Shown here one piece after another: positions 1 through 14,469 of a stretch of 64,000 nt of DNA; the first letter of the stretch is position 1, and each line of letters begins with the position of its first letter. The position numbers and the translations under genes were made by a program. The notes beneath the pieces are model-generated. The model searched no databases. It was not told the DNA's origin and worked only from the letters and a program-made list of their open reading frames with translations. Source of the stretch: the human T2T-CHM13v2.0 reference genome, Homo sapiens. The DNA lies in the NCBI RefSeq assembly GCF_009914755.1, contig NC_060925.1; one strand, 5' to 3'.

Positions 1-174
1 CCCTACAAACATGTGTTGTGTGACGGGTGAGGGGCGGCTGCCTTTCTGGCAGCACCCCACTTCCCAGGACTAGGGGCCCTCCATCTCAGACCCTGGTCTG
101 GGTATTTGTCCCTATAGATCTCCAGCCTCATATTCTCCTAACATTTCTTTAGCTTAAAGATATTTGAGTCTATG

Positions 175-365
175 CATGACTTACTCACCTGCCCACCCAC
201 TCAACTCCAACCATCCATTCACCCACTCACCCACATATGCATTCAACCCTCTGCCCACCCAACTACCCACCATCTCATACATACATCCACCCACCCACCC
301 AGGAGTCTGTCTACCATCTATCTACTATCCACCCCATCTGCCCAACCACCCATCTCATCCATTTC
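175..365. repeat. Degenerate (CCCA/TCCA)n low-complexity tract
   Basis: Repeated ccacccac/catcca units. Confidence 0.8.
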
Positions 366-582
366 TCCTTCCTCCAGGGGTTTCCGCAGAGCACCTAGAG
401 CCTGGAGAGTATATAGGGAGGCTCCCAGGGGGTCTTGGGGTGTCCACATGGATTCCCCCCTTTGTGAGGACAGCTGTAGACCAAGGCCCTGCCCTTAAAG
501 TCTGGCTCCTGGATAGAGTGGGGCCACCTTGTCCCCAGCACAATCTCTCCTCCGAGCTCCATCCAGCCCCTTGTGCCCCTAG

Positions 583-708
583 GTTTACACCAGTAACCGG
601 CCCCTTCGAATTGGCTACTATGAATCAGATGGTTACATCCAGCCATCCCCTAGCATGGCCAGGGCTGTGCAGCTCACCTCCTGGCTGCTCCAGGATGCTT
701 GACACCAG
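583..708 (+). pseudogene. FAAHP1: FAAH exon 8 homolog with premature stop
   Basis: ag|GTT...CAG|gt; VYTSNRPLRIGYYESDGYIQPSPSMARAVQLTSWLLQDA*HQ; TGA at 700-702 where FAAH has Gly. Confidence 0.93.
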
Positions 709-1463
709 GTAGTCTCACCTGGTCCTGGGTGAGAGAGAGTCTGGGCCAGTGCGAGGATGCTGGGCGGGGCCATCCTTGGAGACAAAGGTGGCTACATCTG
801 CGTTTGAGGTGCTGAGATAACTGTGTTCCCCCTATGCTTCCTGGAGAAGACTGATGGGATGGAGGTGGGGATAGGGTGAGCCCTACCCTAGAAGGAAGGC
901 ATTAAGCTTTTGTGCTTCCTCCTTCGGTGGTGGAGATTCAGGGACTCACTCCTATAATTCCTTCAGCTTGGGTCTCTGTTGCCTCCATCAAGTGGCCGTA
1001 AGGAGCTTTCTGTCTCCAAAATCCCTACCTTAGCCCTACCCCAAACTCCCCTGCCCCCAGTGGCTTGTCCTGGCCTCACTTCCCCTTTGAGATTCTACCA
1101 TGTGATCTTGGGCTAGCCTTTTAACCTCTCTGGGCTTGTTTTCTACCCAATGCGGTGGCTGTGAAGATTAAATGTGGTTCCATAGATAAAGCACTTGGCA
1201 CGCTGGCTGGATCACAGTGAAGCATGAAGGAAATGAGGGCTGCTCTCGTTCTGTTCTGTCACATCTGTGTGTGAGGGTGAGGGAGTGGGGTGGCAGGAGA
1301 GCAACCAGTGACACAGGCCTCCCATGCCATGCTGAGGCGCTGAGGTGGACGGAGATGCACGAGATGATGTGGCATCCTTCTTGAAATCTTGGGGGATGCA
1401 GAGACAGAGAACCAGGCAGGGTCGGGGAAGCTCCAGACACTGACTCGGCCTCTGCCTCCCCAG

Positions 1464-1560
1464 GTTATCCCCTTCTCCATCCCCCAGGCAGAATACGCCA
1501 TCAAAGACTTGTACACGGGGGGATGTTTACTGATGGAGGGGCCACTCTTCTAGAGAAGCT
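1464..1560 (+). pseudogene. FAAHP1: FAAH exon 9 homolog with frameshift and mutated donor
   Basis: VIPFSIPQAEYAIKDLYTG/MFTDGGATLLEKL; 97 nt, one base short at G-run 1517-1522; followed by atacgt instead of gt. Confidence 0.9.
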
Positions 1561-1867
1561 ATACGTTATCTGCTGGGACTCAGGGGTGGGGCATGGTGGA
1601 AACAAGGTAGGGGAGTGGGCTGGAGCCAACCTGAGTCCCAGGAGGGAAACTGGGGGCCTGGGCTGGGGTGCCTCTGCCTAATAGTGTGACCTTATGCCGC
1701 AAACCACACACTGGGCCTGTCTTTAGGATGCACCTGTTCCGGGGGTGGGGCAGAAGTACATCTTTGGGTTTGGCCTCCTTCTTGTCTACGGCGTGGAAGT
1801 TGGGTGGCTGTGGGGGCAGGCCACTGGCTAAGGGCTGTGACTTACCCATCTGCGACTGGTTCCTCAG

Positions 1868-1967
1868 AGAGGGGGACATTGTGGATCCCAGCATAAAGGG
1901 CATGGTCAACCAGCTCTGCCTGCCAGACCCCTTCAAATGTTTCTTGGCCTGGATCCCAAAGTACATA
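1868..1967 (+). pseudogene. FAAHP1: FAAH exon 10 homolog
   Basis: cag|A GAG...ATA|gtaagt; EGDIVDPSIKGMVNQLCLPDPFKCFLAWIPKYI; 100 nt. Confidence 0.92.
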
Positions 1968-1987
1968 GTAAGTGCAGGCCCTAGTCA

Positions 1988-2456
<469 letters not shown>

Positions 2457-2743
2457 TAATTAAAACAAATAATGAAAGAAGGGGATGGGGCTAAAAGAGT
2501 AGGGTGCTCACAGAGAGGGGAGGGGGTTTCAGAGAGGAGGCTCAGAAAGGGGGAAGGGCATTTGGAGGGCTACAGGGCCAGTGTGAGCTCAGGGCTTGGT
2601 GAAGTGGTGTAGGCTTGTTGAGGATCGGAGGGTTCCACGTCAGTGCGTTGAGCAATGCTACCCTTCTTGGACCCCCTCCTGGGCAGGCTGACTGTTTCCC
2701 TGTGGGTTCTGAAGTTGGACTCCCCCTCTCAGCCCCCCTCTAG

Positions 2744-2787
2744 GATCCCCAAACTAGCCAGCATCTTGAAGAGATTCGTGGAGTGGG
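2744..2787 (+). pseudogene. FAAHP1: FAAH exon 11 homolog
   Basis: tag|GAT...GG|gtgagt; DPQTSQHLEEIRGVG; 44 nt, phase 0/2 fits the flanking exons. Confidence 0.8.
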
Positions 2788-2999
2788 GTGAGTCTCCCTA
2801 GGGCCAGCTCTTGCTCCAATGGTTGTCCATGGGATGGTGGGAATTGAGGAGGGGCATGAGGCTAGAGCTGGTATCCACTAAGGGGGGAACTATTTAGATT
2901 TCGGACTCTAATTAGGGTTTTAGGATCATGCCTGACATTAGCTTAGATTGAGACTTTTGATTGGTGTTGGGACTTTATTTGGAGTTAAGATCTGAATTA

Positions 3000-3300
<301 letters not shown>

Positions 3301-3304
3301 TTAA

Positions 3305-3615
3305 GGCTAGGTTGAGGTAAAATTTGGGACTGAAGTTGATATTAGGTTTTATTTGGGGATGGGCTTAAGACTGAGGCTGGGGTTGGAGTTGGTTTGAGTT
3401 GGGGTTGGTGGGGCGAAGATAGATTTGGAAGAGGGTTGGGACTGAGGCTGGAGTTGGGGTGGGGCTAGAGTTAGGGTTAGAGATGAGGTTGGGAGAGGCT
3501 GGTATGGGCTTGGGTTTGCTGTTGGGCTTGGCCTGGTGGGGTTGGCATGAAGATGCTGGGCAGAATTGGGCTGGAGTGGACTGAGGGCTAACTGGGTGCC
3601 TCACAGATTAGGGTA
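3305..3615. repeat. Degenerate G/T-rich hexamer repeat (GGGTTG/GAGTTG/GGGCTG-like)
   Basis: Roughly 6-nt periodic G-rich units; continues 5' of the Alu at about 2890-2990. Confidence 0.65.
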
Positions 3616-3875
3616 AGGAGCCTGTGGCCTTTGAGGCAGCCCATGAGTTCCTGTGACTGGTAGAATGGGGGGTAGATTGACTAGAGGATGTGTGCTCTTG
3701 GGGACCTTGAGCAGGCAAGATGTCTTGGCCAGGGGACAAGACACGGGGTCACTCCCAGCCCATCAGCTGATTTGCAGCGTGCACTGAGGCCTTGGTTGTC
3801 ATGTCCCCATTTGTATAAAAGGGTTCCCTCCCATGCTGACCTTTGAACTTGTCAGAGTCTTCCTCATTCTTTCAG

Positions 3876-3915
3876 GACACCCAAGAAACTGTGGGAACAG
3901 CACACAGCAGTGGAG
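3876..3915 (+). pseudogene. FAAHP1: FAAH exon 12 homolog
   Basis: ttcag|G ACA...GAG|gtaatg; TPKKLWEQHTAVE (FAAH SAGKLWELQHEIE); 40 nt. Confidence 0.9.
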
Positions 3916-4303
3916 GTAATGCATGTCTGGGAAGACCTTGAGGGGCTGCTGGAGCTGGGGCTGCAGACACCTGGGTAGTGCCCTGAGTGGTCAGAGTTAT
4001 GAACTGGCCTGCAGAGAAGGCCCAGCTGGACCTGGGTGGGGGGGCTTGGTGACCTCAGAAGTTATTCTAGTCCATCTCCCTAGAGCATTGTCCCCAAATC
4101 CTTGTGACCTGAAATTCAGCTTCCCATCCCTTCACCTCTGTCCCTGGGAAGATCCTGAACCTCCACAGGTATCTCAGGCTGAAGCTTATAGCCTGAGACT
4201 TCCTCCTGGTGTGCAACTCAGTGCTGCCTGGCAGCATCTGACCTTGTCTGGCAAACAGTAACCCCTGCCTTCCTACCCCTCCCATCCCTCACTGTCCCTG
4301 CAG

Positions 4304-4412
4304 GAATATGAGCAAGAGTTCATAGCCAAGAGGAGGTCCCTGGACCTGGATGTGCTGCTGGTGCCAGTTCTGGGCTCTGCCTTCTATATAGGCTCTTCCT
4401 CCCTAGCATCAG
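4304..4412 (+). pseudogene. FAAHP1: FAAH exon 13 homolog
   Basis: cag|GAA...TCA G|gtgag; EYEQEFIAKRRSLDLDVLLVPVLGSAFYIGSSSLAS; 109 nt. Confidence 0.93.
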
Positions 4413-4504
4413 GTGAGAGCACACTGGGTCTTGGTGGGGTTGAGATTGGGAGTCCGGGACTCCTGAGTCCTGCCCCAGCTTCTGTGATCTTGCCCTCTAT
4501 CTCC

Positions 4505-5332
<828 letters not shown>

Positions 5333-5689
5333 CATCCATTTACTCTTAACATGCCCTCTGCTGCCCTACTTCAAAAGGGGTCTTCAGCCCAGCCTGTCCA
5401 AAACATGGGCTCAGGACAGGGTAATATCTGGGCCATCCCTGGGTCCCATGCACAGGTACTGGTCTCAAAGGTGCTACCCAAGGCAGGATAAAACTCAGTT
5501 CCAAACCTGAGCCTGGACTCCTCTCCCCTGACCTTAAGAACATGTCCTCCTGGGTCCCCCGACTGTGGCCAGCCAAAGGCTCATCCCACGCCTGACTCTC
5601 CCTGCACACATGTGGCTGCTGCAGAAGAGCTGTCCTTTCAACTCCAGGTGGCGCTGTACACCCTTACTATCTTGAAGTCCGGTACACAG

Positions 5690-5890
5690 GAGGGCGTGGG
5701 CTGAATCCTCTGCCATCCACTAGCTGTGTAGCCTTAGAAAAGGCGAATCCTGCCCCTAATCCTGCCACCTCGATTTCCTCACTTGTACACAGTCAATAGT
5801 AATCCACACCTCACAGAGTGGAGAGGATTCAAGGGATCAGCAATGTGATGAGGCCAGCACAGTGCCTGGCACTGAGTGAGGCTTCTGCAA
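5690..5890 (+). mobile_element. MIR
   Basis: MIR core-like sequence and agcacagtgcctggcac end. Confidence 0.65.
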
Positions 5891-6083
5891 TGCAGATTCC
5901 GTCCTTCCCTCCACCCTGGGGAGAGCATGAGGCCATTGTCAAGATGACCCCTGACACAAATTGGCTAGTCCGAGCCCAGAGCGCTGAAGTTCCCAGAAGG
6001 ACCGGGAGGGGGCGCCCACCCACATTCTTCCCCACCTGAGTCTGCGCTGACGATTTCCTGGGCTTATCTGGATCTTCCTGCAG

Positions 6084-6229
6084 AAAGTCAGTCTTATGTG
6101 ACCCTGTACAACCTCCTGGACTTTCCCGCGGGCGTGGTGCCTGTCACTATCGTGACACTACAGGACGAGGAGGAACTGGCCTTCTACAAGGGGTGCTACG
6201 GAGATAGTTCTGACAAAAATTTCTCAGAG
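6084..6229 (+). pseudogene. FAAHP1: FAAH exon 14 homolog
   Basis: cag|AA...GAG|gtcagt; SQSYVTLYNLLDFPAGVVPVTIVTLQDEEELAFYKGCYGDSSDKNFSE; 146 nt. Confidence 0.95.
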
Positions 6230-6325
6230 GTCAGTTTCCTTCTCCGAGCCTCTCCCGGAGCGGGGACAAACCAGGGCTGGTTCTCTCCGGGTTGGGGCCC
6301 CTGACGGTAGTGGTGGAGAGAGTAG

Positions 6326-7172
<847 letters not shown>

Positions 7173-7239
7173 TTCTTTGCATTGCTGTAGGTAAAAATGA
7201 TCTCAGAGGCAGGGAGGGCAGAGCAGGGCAAAAGCCGCT

Positions 7240-7890
7240 GGTTATGAGCTTACTGTGTATCTGCTCTGGATATGACCTCTCTTGGGACCTCTGTTTCTTC
7301 ACCAGGAAAATGGGAATAAAAACATCTACTTTGTAGGGTTGTGCTAAAGGTTAATTAATTTGAAAAAGTGAATGAAGCAATTTGCATAAGGTCTTGTGTG
7401 TAGGAAGTGTTCGATAAATACTATGATTAGTAAGTCAGAGTGGTTTCATAAAAGAAAATATTACCAAATATTTAACTGCAGGGTCTAAAATAACACACCT
7501 GACTTTGGTGAGAGAGAGAAGGAGAGAGAGGAAGAGAAAGAGGCCGACTCTGAAACATATGCACGTATCTGAGTCAGACATTAAGTAACTTACTTTTTCT
7601 GGAAATTGATTTTAGTGCTAGAGTTACCCAGTGGAACTGCTGACCTGAATTCTGAGAAAATAACAATAATGACACTATCTCATGTGTCTTGAGCACTTAC
7701 TCTGTTCCAGGAGCTGTTTAAAAGTGCCGTGTATAAATATTAAATCATTAAATTCAATAACTCTCCTGTGAGGTTTTTTAAATGAGGAAAATGGAGGCAC
7801 AGACAGATTAAGGGACTGGGCCAAAGCCACACAGCCAATTGAAGTGGAGGAGCTAGGACTTGAAACAGGTGATCTGACTCCAGAGACAAA
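7240..7890. mobile_element. Two MIR fragments (+ at about 7240-7430, - at about 7665-7890)
   Basis: ctctgtttcttc...aaaatgggaataa and aaatgaggaaaatggaggcacagacagattaag MIR cores. Confidence 0.7.
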
Positions 7891-8414
7891 GGCAAATAAA
7901 GCCTCAAATGATATCATCACAAAGCAAAGAAAACAGGTTTGAATTCTACAAGGACGTTTGGATTTCGTGGCAGGGACTCAGGCTTAGCCCCCATGTTCCT
8001 GGGCCTGTTTTGGGCCAAGGCAATGCTTTCACTGTGGAAGGGTAACCAGGCTCTGGATCAGGGATTAGCATGCTCTTCTTTCTCTTGCTTGAACATTGAG
8101 TGGATGCTCGGCTTTCTCTTTCGTCATTATAATCAGCATTCTGCACAGGGAGCAAGTTTTACATGTTAACCCTGAAGAACTATGGGCAATAAAATCAGAA
8201 CAGTCTTTTCAGGTTTCACTGAGAGCTGAGGAAGCCTGGAATTCTGAGATCTAGGTCATTTTTACCTTAATATAGATTGGGAAAGGGATGTTTGGACTAA
8301 AGCATACCTAGACCAACCGTTGGTACGGAGGCCCAGAATAGCATGGGTGATGAACAGAGCCAGGCAAGGGGCCTGTGAAGCAGGCTCTGAGTTCCCGACC
8401 TTCTCTACTGGCAG

Positions 8415-8543
8415 GCGGTAAGAGGATCCGTCGGACTTCTGGTGACTGTGCAGTGCATTGCTTTGCCATGGGAAGAGGAGCTGTGTCTCCGGTTCATGAA
8501 GGAGGTGGACACCTTGGTCAAGAATCAGAGGGGGCCCAAGTGA
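8415..8543 (+). pseudogene. FAAHP1: FAAH exon 15 homolog (coding part, ancestral stop)
   Basis: cag|GCG...TGA; [42 protein letters not shown]; 129 nt. Confidence 0.95.
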
Positions 8544-8581
8544 TAGGCTCCTGGAATGGAGTAACAGCTCATGAAACACGG

Positions 8582-8701
8582 GGCTGGTTGTGGTGGCTCA
8601 TACCTGTAATCCCAGCAGTTCAGGAGGCAGAGGCTGGCAGATCGCTTGAGGCCACGAGTTTGAGACCAACCTGGGCAACATAGTGAGACCCTGCTTCTAA
8701 A
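8582..8701 (+). mobile_element. FLAM / Alu left monomer inside the FAAHP1 3' UTR
   Basis: Single monomer ending gagaccctgcttctaaa. Confidence 0.85.
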
Positions 8702-8897
8702 GCATTTTCTTGGTGTTACTCCTGTAGATCCTCACCCAAGTGTGCTCCTGATGCCCCTTCCTTCTCATGAATACCATGTCCACCTTATGTCTCCTCCTTC
8801 TGGAACCCCACCAGGTTCCTTTTCTTTGTTGGTTCCTCTGTGTGGGTGCTCAATATTCCTCAGATGGGCCCAGGATGGGGAGCAGGGTGAGGAGCTC

Positions 8898-8903
8898 AAT
8901 AAA
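8898..8903 (+). terminator. Polyadenylation signal of FAAHP1/FAAH-OUT last exon
   Basis: First AATAAA after the terminal stop, followed by GT/T-rich sequence. Confidence 0.7.
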
Positions 8904-11279
8904 CATTTTCTGACTGGCCCCGGCCTCATGATCTCTGGTCTGGGTGAGGCTGTAATCTCCTGGTGGTCTTCTGCCTCTAGCTGCTTTCCTCCAATTCAGT
9001 CCCCCTGATGCTACCCCAGACTGCAGTGGAGAAAGAGCCCCAAACAGAGAGGCTGGAGATCTGGGTCCAAGTCCTGACTCTGTCCGTGACTTGCTGTGTG
9101 ATGCTGGGAAGTCCCTTCATCTCTCTGGACCTGAGTTTTCTCATCTGAGTTTCAGATTGAGGGGGTTAGATTTGATAAGGTCTATGGTACCTACCAGCTT
9201 GACCATTCTGTGAGCTGTGATTTCTAGGCACTGTCCTGATTAAGAACTTGCCATGATTCCCACTGACGTCTGGAGAGGGCTCCAGAGAGCAAGGCTGAGA
9301 CAGTGGAACCCAGTCAGAGTGGAGCTTGGGTTAGGACCTAGACCCCAGGCTCACAGTTCAGTGCTTTTGCCACAAAACACCAATTCCTTGGTCTGACATC
9401 AGCATGTCTCCAGGATCCTCCATAGCCTCCTCTCCCATGGCTCCACCACAGCACTGCCTCCTTCCGTTCCCTCAAACTGGAGCCTTCTCACCAGCACAAG
9501 CCCACCTTATGCTTCTGGCTCCATGTCGCTATTCAGATTGTTCCCTCCACCTGAACACCATTGCTGCTTTCTGTGTCCTTCAAACCCTGTGTCAAATACC
9601 ACTTCCTCCGGAAAGCCTTTCTTGATCCCTCCAACATACCCCCCCCATTATTTTCCCTTCATCTGAACTCTCTTGAGATCCTCCTCCCATCAAATCTCTC
9701 CCTTCCCCCATCCCATTCCTCTTTGTAGCCCTACTTCCGCCAACTATGCAAATTAACGAACTCACTTTTCCCTGTGCTTCATAGGACAGATCTTCTGAAG
9801 ACAATGCAAAGGGATGGAATTCATCCATGCATGCTACATTTTTTGAGTACTCCCACTGAACACAAATGTGAAATTTCAGCCAGAAAAATCCTGACTTAAA
9901 AGAATTTAACTCAGATGAAGACCCCAGGAATTGCACAGCAGAGGGGGCAGCCCTGCCTCTGCCTCCCATAGAAGGAACCACTCGGGGTGTCCAGGTGCTG
10001 GATGGACAGGGCTATTGCTGACGTCACGTGTCCCCCCACACCAACTCTACCACAGAGTCTGAGATCTCTGCAGGAGAGGGAGCCTCAGAGTTTCCCCTCA
10101 GATTGGGTTAGTAGGGCTGGTGCCCTGTGTTCCCTGCCCTGTAAGAGGGAGGTCTGAGTAGCTTGGAAAAGGTAAGAGACCTCAGGTGTCTCCTGCCTCT
10201 TCTTCCTGCATCCCATTGCTGGCGCGGCATTCTGGGCACCAGGGGGCAGAATTGAGCTTCACAAGGCTCAGGCAGCCCTTGCCCTCTGCTCTTAGATCCA
10301 CTGTCGCTGCGACTTCTCCAGTGAGATCCTTTGCTCAAACTCCATTGCGCTGATGGGGAAACTAGCGAGTGGAAGGACAGAGATAGAGGGATGCAGGAAT
10401 TAGCAGGCACTTTGGCTTTAGGTTAAATATTTGCAGATTTTAAGATGGAGGTAGAATTCTATTTTGGCTGGAATTAGCCTGGGGAAAAGTGGTGGCAGAT
10501 ACCAGCTCGAAGGACTGAATAAATGGGAAGCCCTATGCTAGGCGCAGACTTCTTTTCGGCTTGGGCTTTCTCTAGTATCTCCTGAGCTGATGTTTGGAGT
10601 CATCAACCTCCCCACCTCCAGCGCCAGCTCCAGTGCTGACCCCTAACCTCTGACTCGTGACAACTACCTGCCAGCACCATCTTCATCTGAAATCACTCCG
10701 TGATCTGTGACTGTGGATGTCATTTGCTGTCTTGCTGTGGGGGCCTCTTTGAGGTCCATGTGTGGGTACATATGGAACCTCCTGGACCATATGTCTCCTC
10801 CTCCCCTTCCCACTCCTATTCCTTCCACCATGGAGGGTTTGGTCGGGGTACAACACGGGTCCAGGTTCTGGCTCTCTTTCCTCTGAGACATTGTGCAAGT
10901 CTCCAGCTTCTCTAAGCGTCTGTAACTTGGGGCTGAAGATCACGTCTGTCCAGCTGCAGGATGAGACAGACCCTCAGAAACCGAGGGAGCAGGTGGGAGG
11001 GACTCGGGCTCCGGCTCCCCAGTCGCTGTGGGGTGAGGGGCCTGCTCAGGTCTGGGTGTCTGTGCCCAGAATTCACGGGGAGGAGCCAGCCCCTCATGCG
11101 GGTGCCTGTGAGAGAGCAACAGGGTGGGTCACTCCAGCGGAGGAATTTAGCTGAGAAACAGGAGCATTCCCAGGGTGAGGGGCTCTAGAAAAGCTGGGAC
11201 TAAGGGCCCTGACTAGGACGTTACGGGAAGGGGGTCTTGAATTCTGATCTCGTTTCTGCCTAAGACCTATCGCCTTTTT

Positions 11280-12110
11280 GAACCTCAGTTTCCCCTTTGG
11301 CTGCATAGGGAAGGGGTGCCCACATGCCCCCGCCCGCATTCAGTTCGAAGGACCAGCCAGTAGGCCCTGCGCCGCCCAGGGACCGCCCGGCCTTTGCGTC
11401 CGGCCCAGCTCAAGCCCCTTCCGCCGCGCGCGGCCTCGGGAGCGCTGGGCAGGCAGCCCGGGTGGGAGCGCCCACGTCTCCCGCGGACACGGACGGACGG
11501 ACGGACGGGCGGCCGCGCAGGCCCGCGCCCCGCTCCCGCCCCGCCTGCCGCGCCTCCCGGGGCGCCCGCATTAAAGCGCATATGCAAGCCATGAATTATC
11601 AACTGAAAGGAGTCAATTACCGGCTCTAAAAACGAGTGTCTGCGCTCGCAGCGCCCCGGGCCATCCGCCTATTTACGGAGCGATCTACCCCGCCCGGCTG
11701 GGGAGGGGGCCTCGGGAGGGAGAGAGACGGAGAAACGGAGCCCGAGACCGGGAGAGAGCCGGAGAGGCAGGGACTGGAGAGTCTGGGACACGAAGGAGAG
11801 GCGGGGAGAGACCGAGATTCAGCGAGACGCGCGGAGGGCCGGACGGGAGCCAAGGCGGCTCAGTTCCTCTTCTCCCCCGAGCAGGCGAGGAGAGGTGGGG
11901 TCTCAGGACCTCCAAGGCCCTGTTCCCCTTCCATTGGCATTTGTGTAAGGACGCAGGCCCTCCGCACTGCTGACTGTGGCACTGGGCAGGGAGTCCCCTA
12001 GACTAGGGGTTTGGGGTTAGATCTGGGGCTCAGACAGCGCTGGGCTGGGCGTAGTTTGCAGAGGGACCGGCCGTCCTGGCAGGAAACTGGGGAGGAGGCC
12101 GCGGCTTTGT
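11280..12110. promoter_or_regulatory. CpG island with AT-rich homeodomain-motif core (11565-11680)
   Basis: Dense CpG, GC boxes and (GACG)n; central cattaaagcgcatatgcaagccatgaattatcaactgaaaggagtcaattacc. Confidence 0.8.
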
Positions 12111-12407
12111 CCAGGGTGGAGGTAAGAACGATGGTTGGACAGCATGACCACGAGTAAAGGGAGGAGGGCTTGAGGATAGGGACAAAGTGATGTGGAGCTT
12201 ATGTAGGAGATGATGCGCAGCCTTTCAGCATTGAGAGAGAAACCGGGAGACCAGCCAGCCTCAGTGGGCCCAGGAAGTCCTGCTTCCTCCCCACCCGCTC
12301 AAGCTGTTCCCTCCTCTGGAAATGCTTTTCCTGCCTTCCCTCTACTCATTCTGTGATTCCTGCCCTCCCCAGCCTCTGTGCTACCTTAGCCTCAACACAA
12401 TACACTC

Positions 12408-12707
12408 ATTATTATTATTATTATTAGTGACAGGGCCTCACTCTGTCACCCAGGCTGGAGTGCAGTAGTGCAATCATAGCTCACTGCTGCCCTAACCTCC
12501 TGGGCTAAAGTGATCCTCCCACCTCTGTCTCCCAAGTAGCTGGGACTGTAGGCACATGCCACCATGCCCTCCTAATTTTTTAAATTTTTTGTAGTCATGG
12601 GTCTTGCTGTGTTGTCCAGCCTGGTCTGGAACTCCTGGCCTCAAGCAACCCTCCCACCTCAACCTCCCAGTGTTGGGATTACAGGCATGAGTCCCACGAT
12701 ACCTGGC
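12408..12707 (-). mobile_element. AluJ-like with (ATT)n tail
   Basis: Antisense dimer. Confidence 0.92.
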
Positions 12708-13308
12708 AACACACCCCATTCAATTCCATGATCCAGACCTGACTTTACCATAGGGCCAGACCTTGTCCATGTTGCTCAGTATTGTGCCCTTGGAAGAAGG
12801 TCCTTGAATGTTTCCTGAAAAAATGAATGAAGGATAAGCTGAGCTGGAGGACACATTGGCCTGGACAGAGGCTGTGACAAAGATGGCAGGGCTGGTGAGC
12901 CCAGATATGGGCCTCCCATACAGATCAGATGGAAGGCTTTAGGCAACCACAGTACTGGGGTGAGGTCACAGAAGCTGAGTCCAGCCCTTGCTTGGGGAGA
13001 CGGGTACAGGAAGTAGCAGGGGCAGGGAGGGAAGGGGTAGATGGAGAGTTGTCATCAGCACCAGCAAGTCACCGCAAGAGCCCCGGGGCTTTGATTTGAA
13101 TGCTTCACGGCCCCTGAAATCCTAGGTCTCTTCTGGGGGAAGAGGTTCAGGGAACCCCCAGTGACTTTGAGGAAGGAATGGGGCCTACACTGGGGCAGTG
13201 AGAAGATTCTCATCTTGGGAATCAAACAGAGCCTTTCTCTTCTAGCTGTGGGATCCCAGGCAAGCCTCAACTTCTGAGCCTCAGGTTCCTCATCTATGAA
13301 ATGTTGCT

Positions 13309-13443
13309 GGCCAGGGGAGGTGCCTCACGCCTGTAATCCTGGCACTTTTGAGCTCAGGAGCAACAGACTTTGTCTCTATAAAAAAAACTAGCTGGGCGTG
13401 GTGGTTCATGCCTGTGGTCCCAGCTACTCAGGAGGCTGAGGTG
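13309..13443 (+). mobile_element. Internally deleted, truncated Alu
   Basis: Left-arm pieces, linker and start of right arm, within MIR-like sequence. Confidence 0.8.
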
Positions 13444-14469
13444 CCATTTTTGAGGCTACAAAATACCAAGCACTATGATAATGGATTATCTCTCTACTCT
13501 TCACAACAGCTTCTTTCTAAGATTGCTAAGTCATTTTGCAAACAAGGAAATTCTAAGACAGGCAGGGATTGGGAAATGGCAGATAAAGTTTTGAAGCCAG
13601 TTCTTACTCCAGAGTCTCTTTAACCTGTGCACCATGAAGCCTCCTAGACCTGGTCCATATACCCCCTGCCCTGTTCCCTCAGCCCTTCCAGCCTGGCTGA
13701 GTCCAGACTGGGGGAAGTGGGGGCTGCACAGCAGGCAGGGCAGCTCAGGTCCAGCAGAGGTGGCCCCTGGGGTCTTGTTCCTGCCATGGCGTGGGGTGGG
13801 CGTCTGTCCAGCTTGATGAGTCTCCAGCCCCGCCATGCCATTAGCGGGCAGCCAGAGGGGGTGTCTGCAATCGCCAACACTGGGGTTCCCACTGCTGCTT
13901 GCCTATTAGTGGCTGGTGGCTTCATGGTGATTTATTGGGGCTTCTTCATTTCCCCTTGGTCCGCTATAAACATATTTATACCACCAGAGTGACCGATAAA
14001 TTTCCCTTATGAATCCTGTTATCTCCCCTATTAACCATCCGTCACCTTTTATGTGGCCACAATGGGCCAGGCCAGGGCACCAGGGCTGGGTGGGAGGCCT
14101 GCAGCCCACAGCCCCGGAGCCCAGTGAACTCTTCACCTCCCCCACTGCTCCCCAGACAGGGCAGCTGCTGCCTCCTCGGAGCTGCCTCTAGGATAAGGAT
14201 ATGGTCCTGGGAACAGACTGAACTTACGCGGGGCCTTTGAAATGTGGCTTCCTCCAGGGTCTCAGTATGGGAAGTCCCTCTCAGGGTTAACCTGAGTCTC
14301 TCCTACTGTAGCTCAGCCTTCATCTCTTCTAAGTGATCAGGAGCCTCCTGAAGCTGCTACTGCTGCTGCTCTTCCTTCTCTCCCCACCCTCAGCTCTCAT
14401 CCTTATCCTCTAAGTGCAGCAGAAAACTGAGACACAGTTAGATGTAGCATGGGGTTGGGGGGAGATGGC

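Larger units (their letters stand above)
10900..12930 (-). ncRNA. LINC01398: Probable location of antisense lncRNA LINC01398 (boundaries not derivable from sequence)
   Basis: Positional only: recalled gene order FAAHP1-LINC01398-DMBX1, plus a CpG island here. No exon structure verified. Confidence 0.3.

Noticed and set aside
378-582. Strong acceptor at 376-377 as a possible FAAH exon 7 homolog
   Set aside because: No similarity to the recalled FAAH exon 7 peptide was found; may be a cryptic lncRNA acceptor but unsupported
3305-3615. Interstitial telomere or chromosome fusion site
   Set aside because: Only isolated TTAGGG hexamers and no head-to-head array
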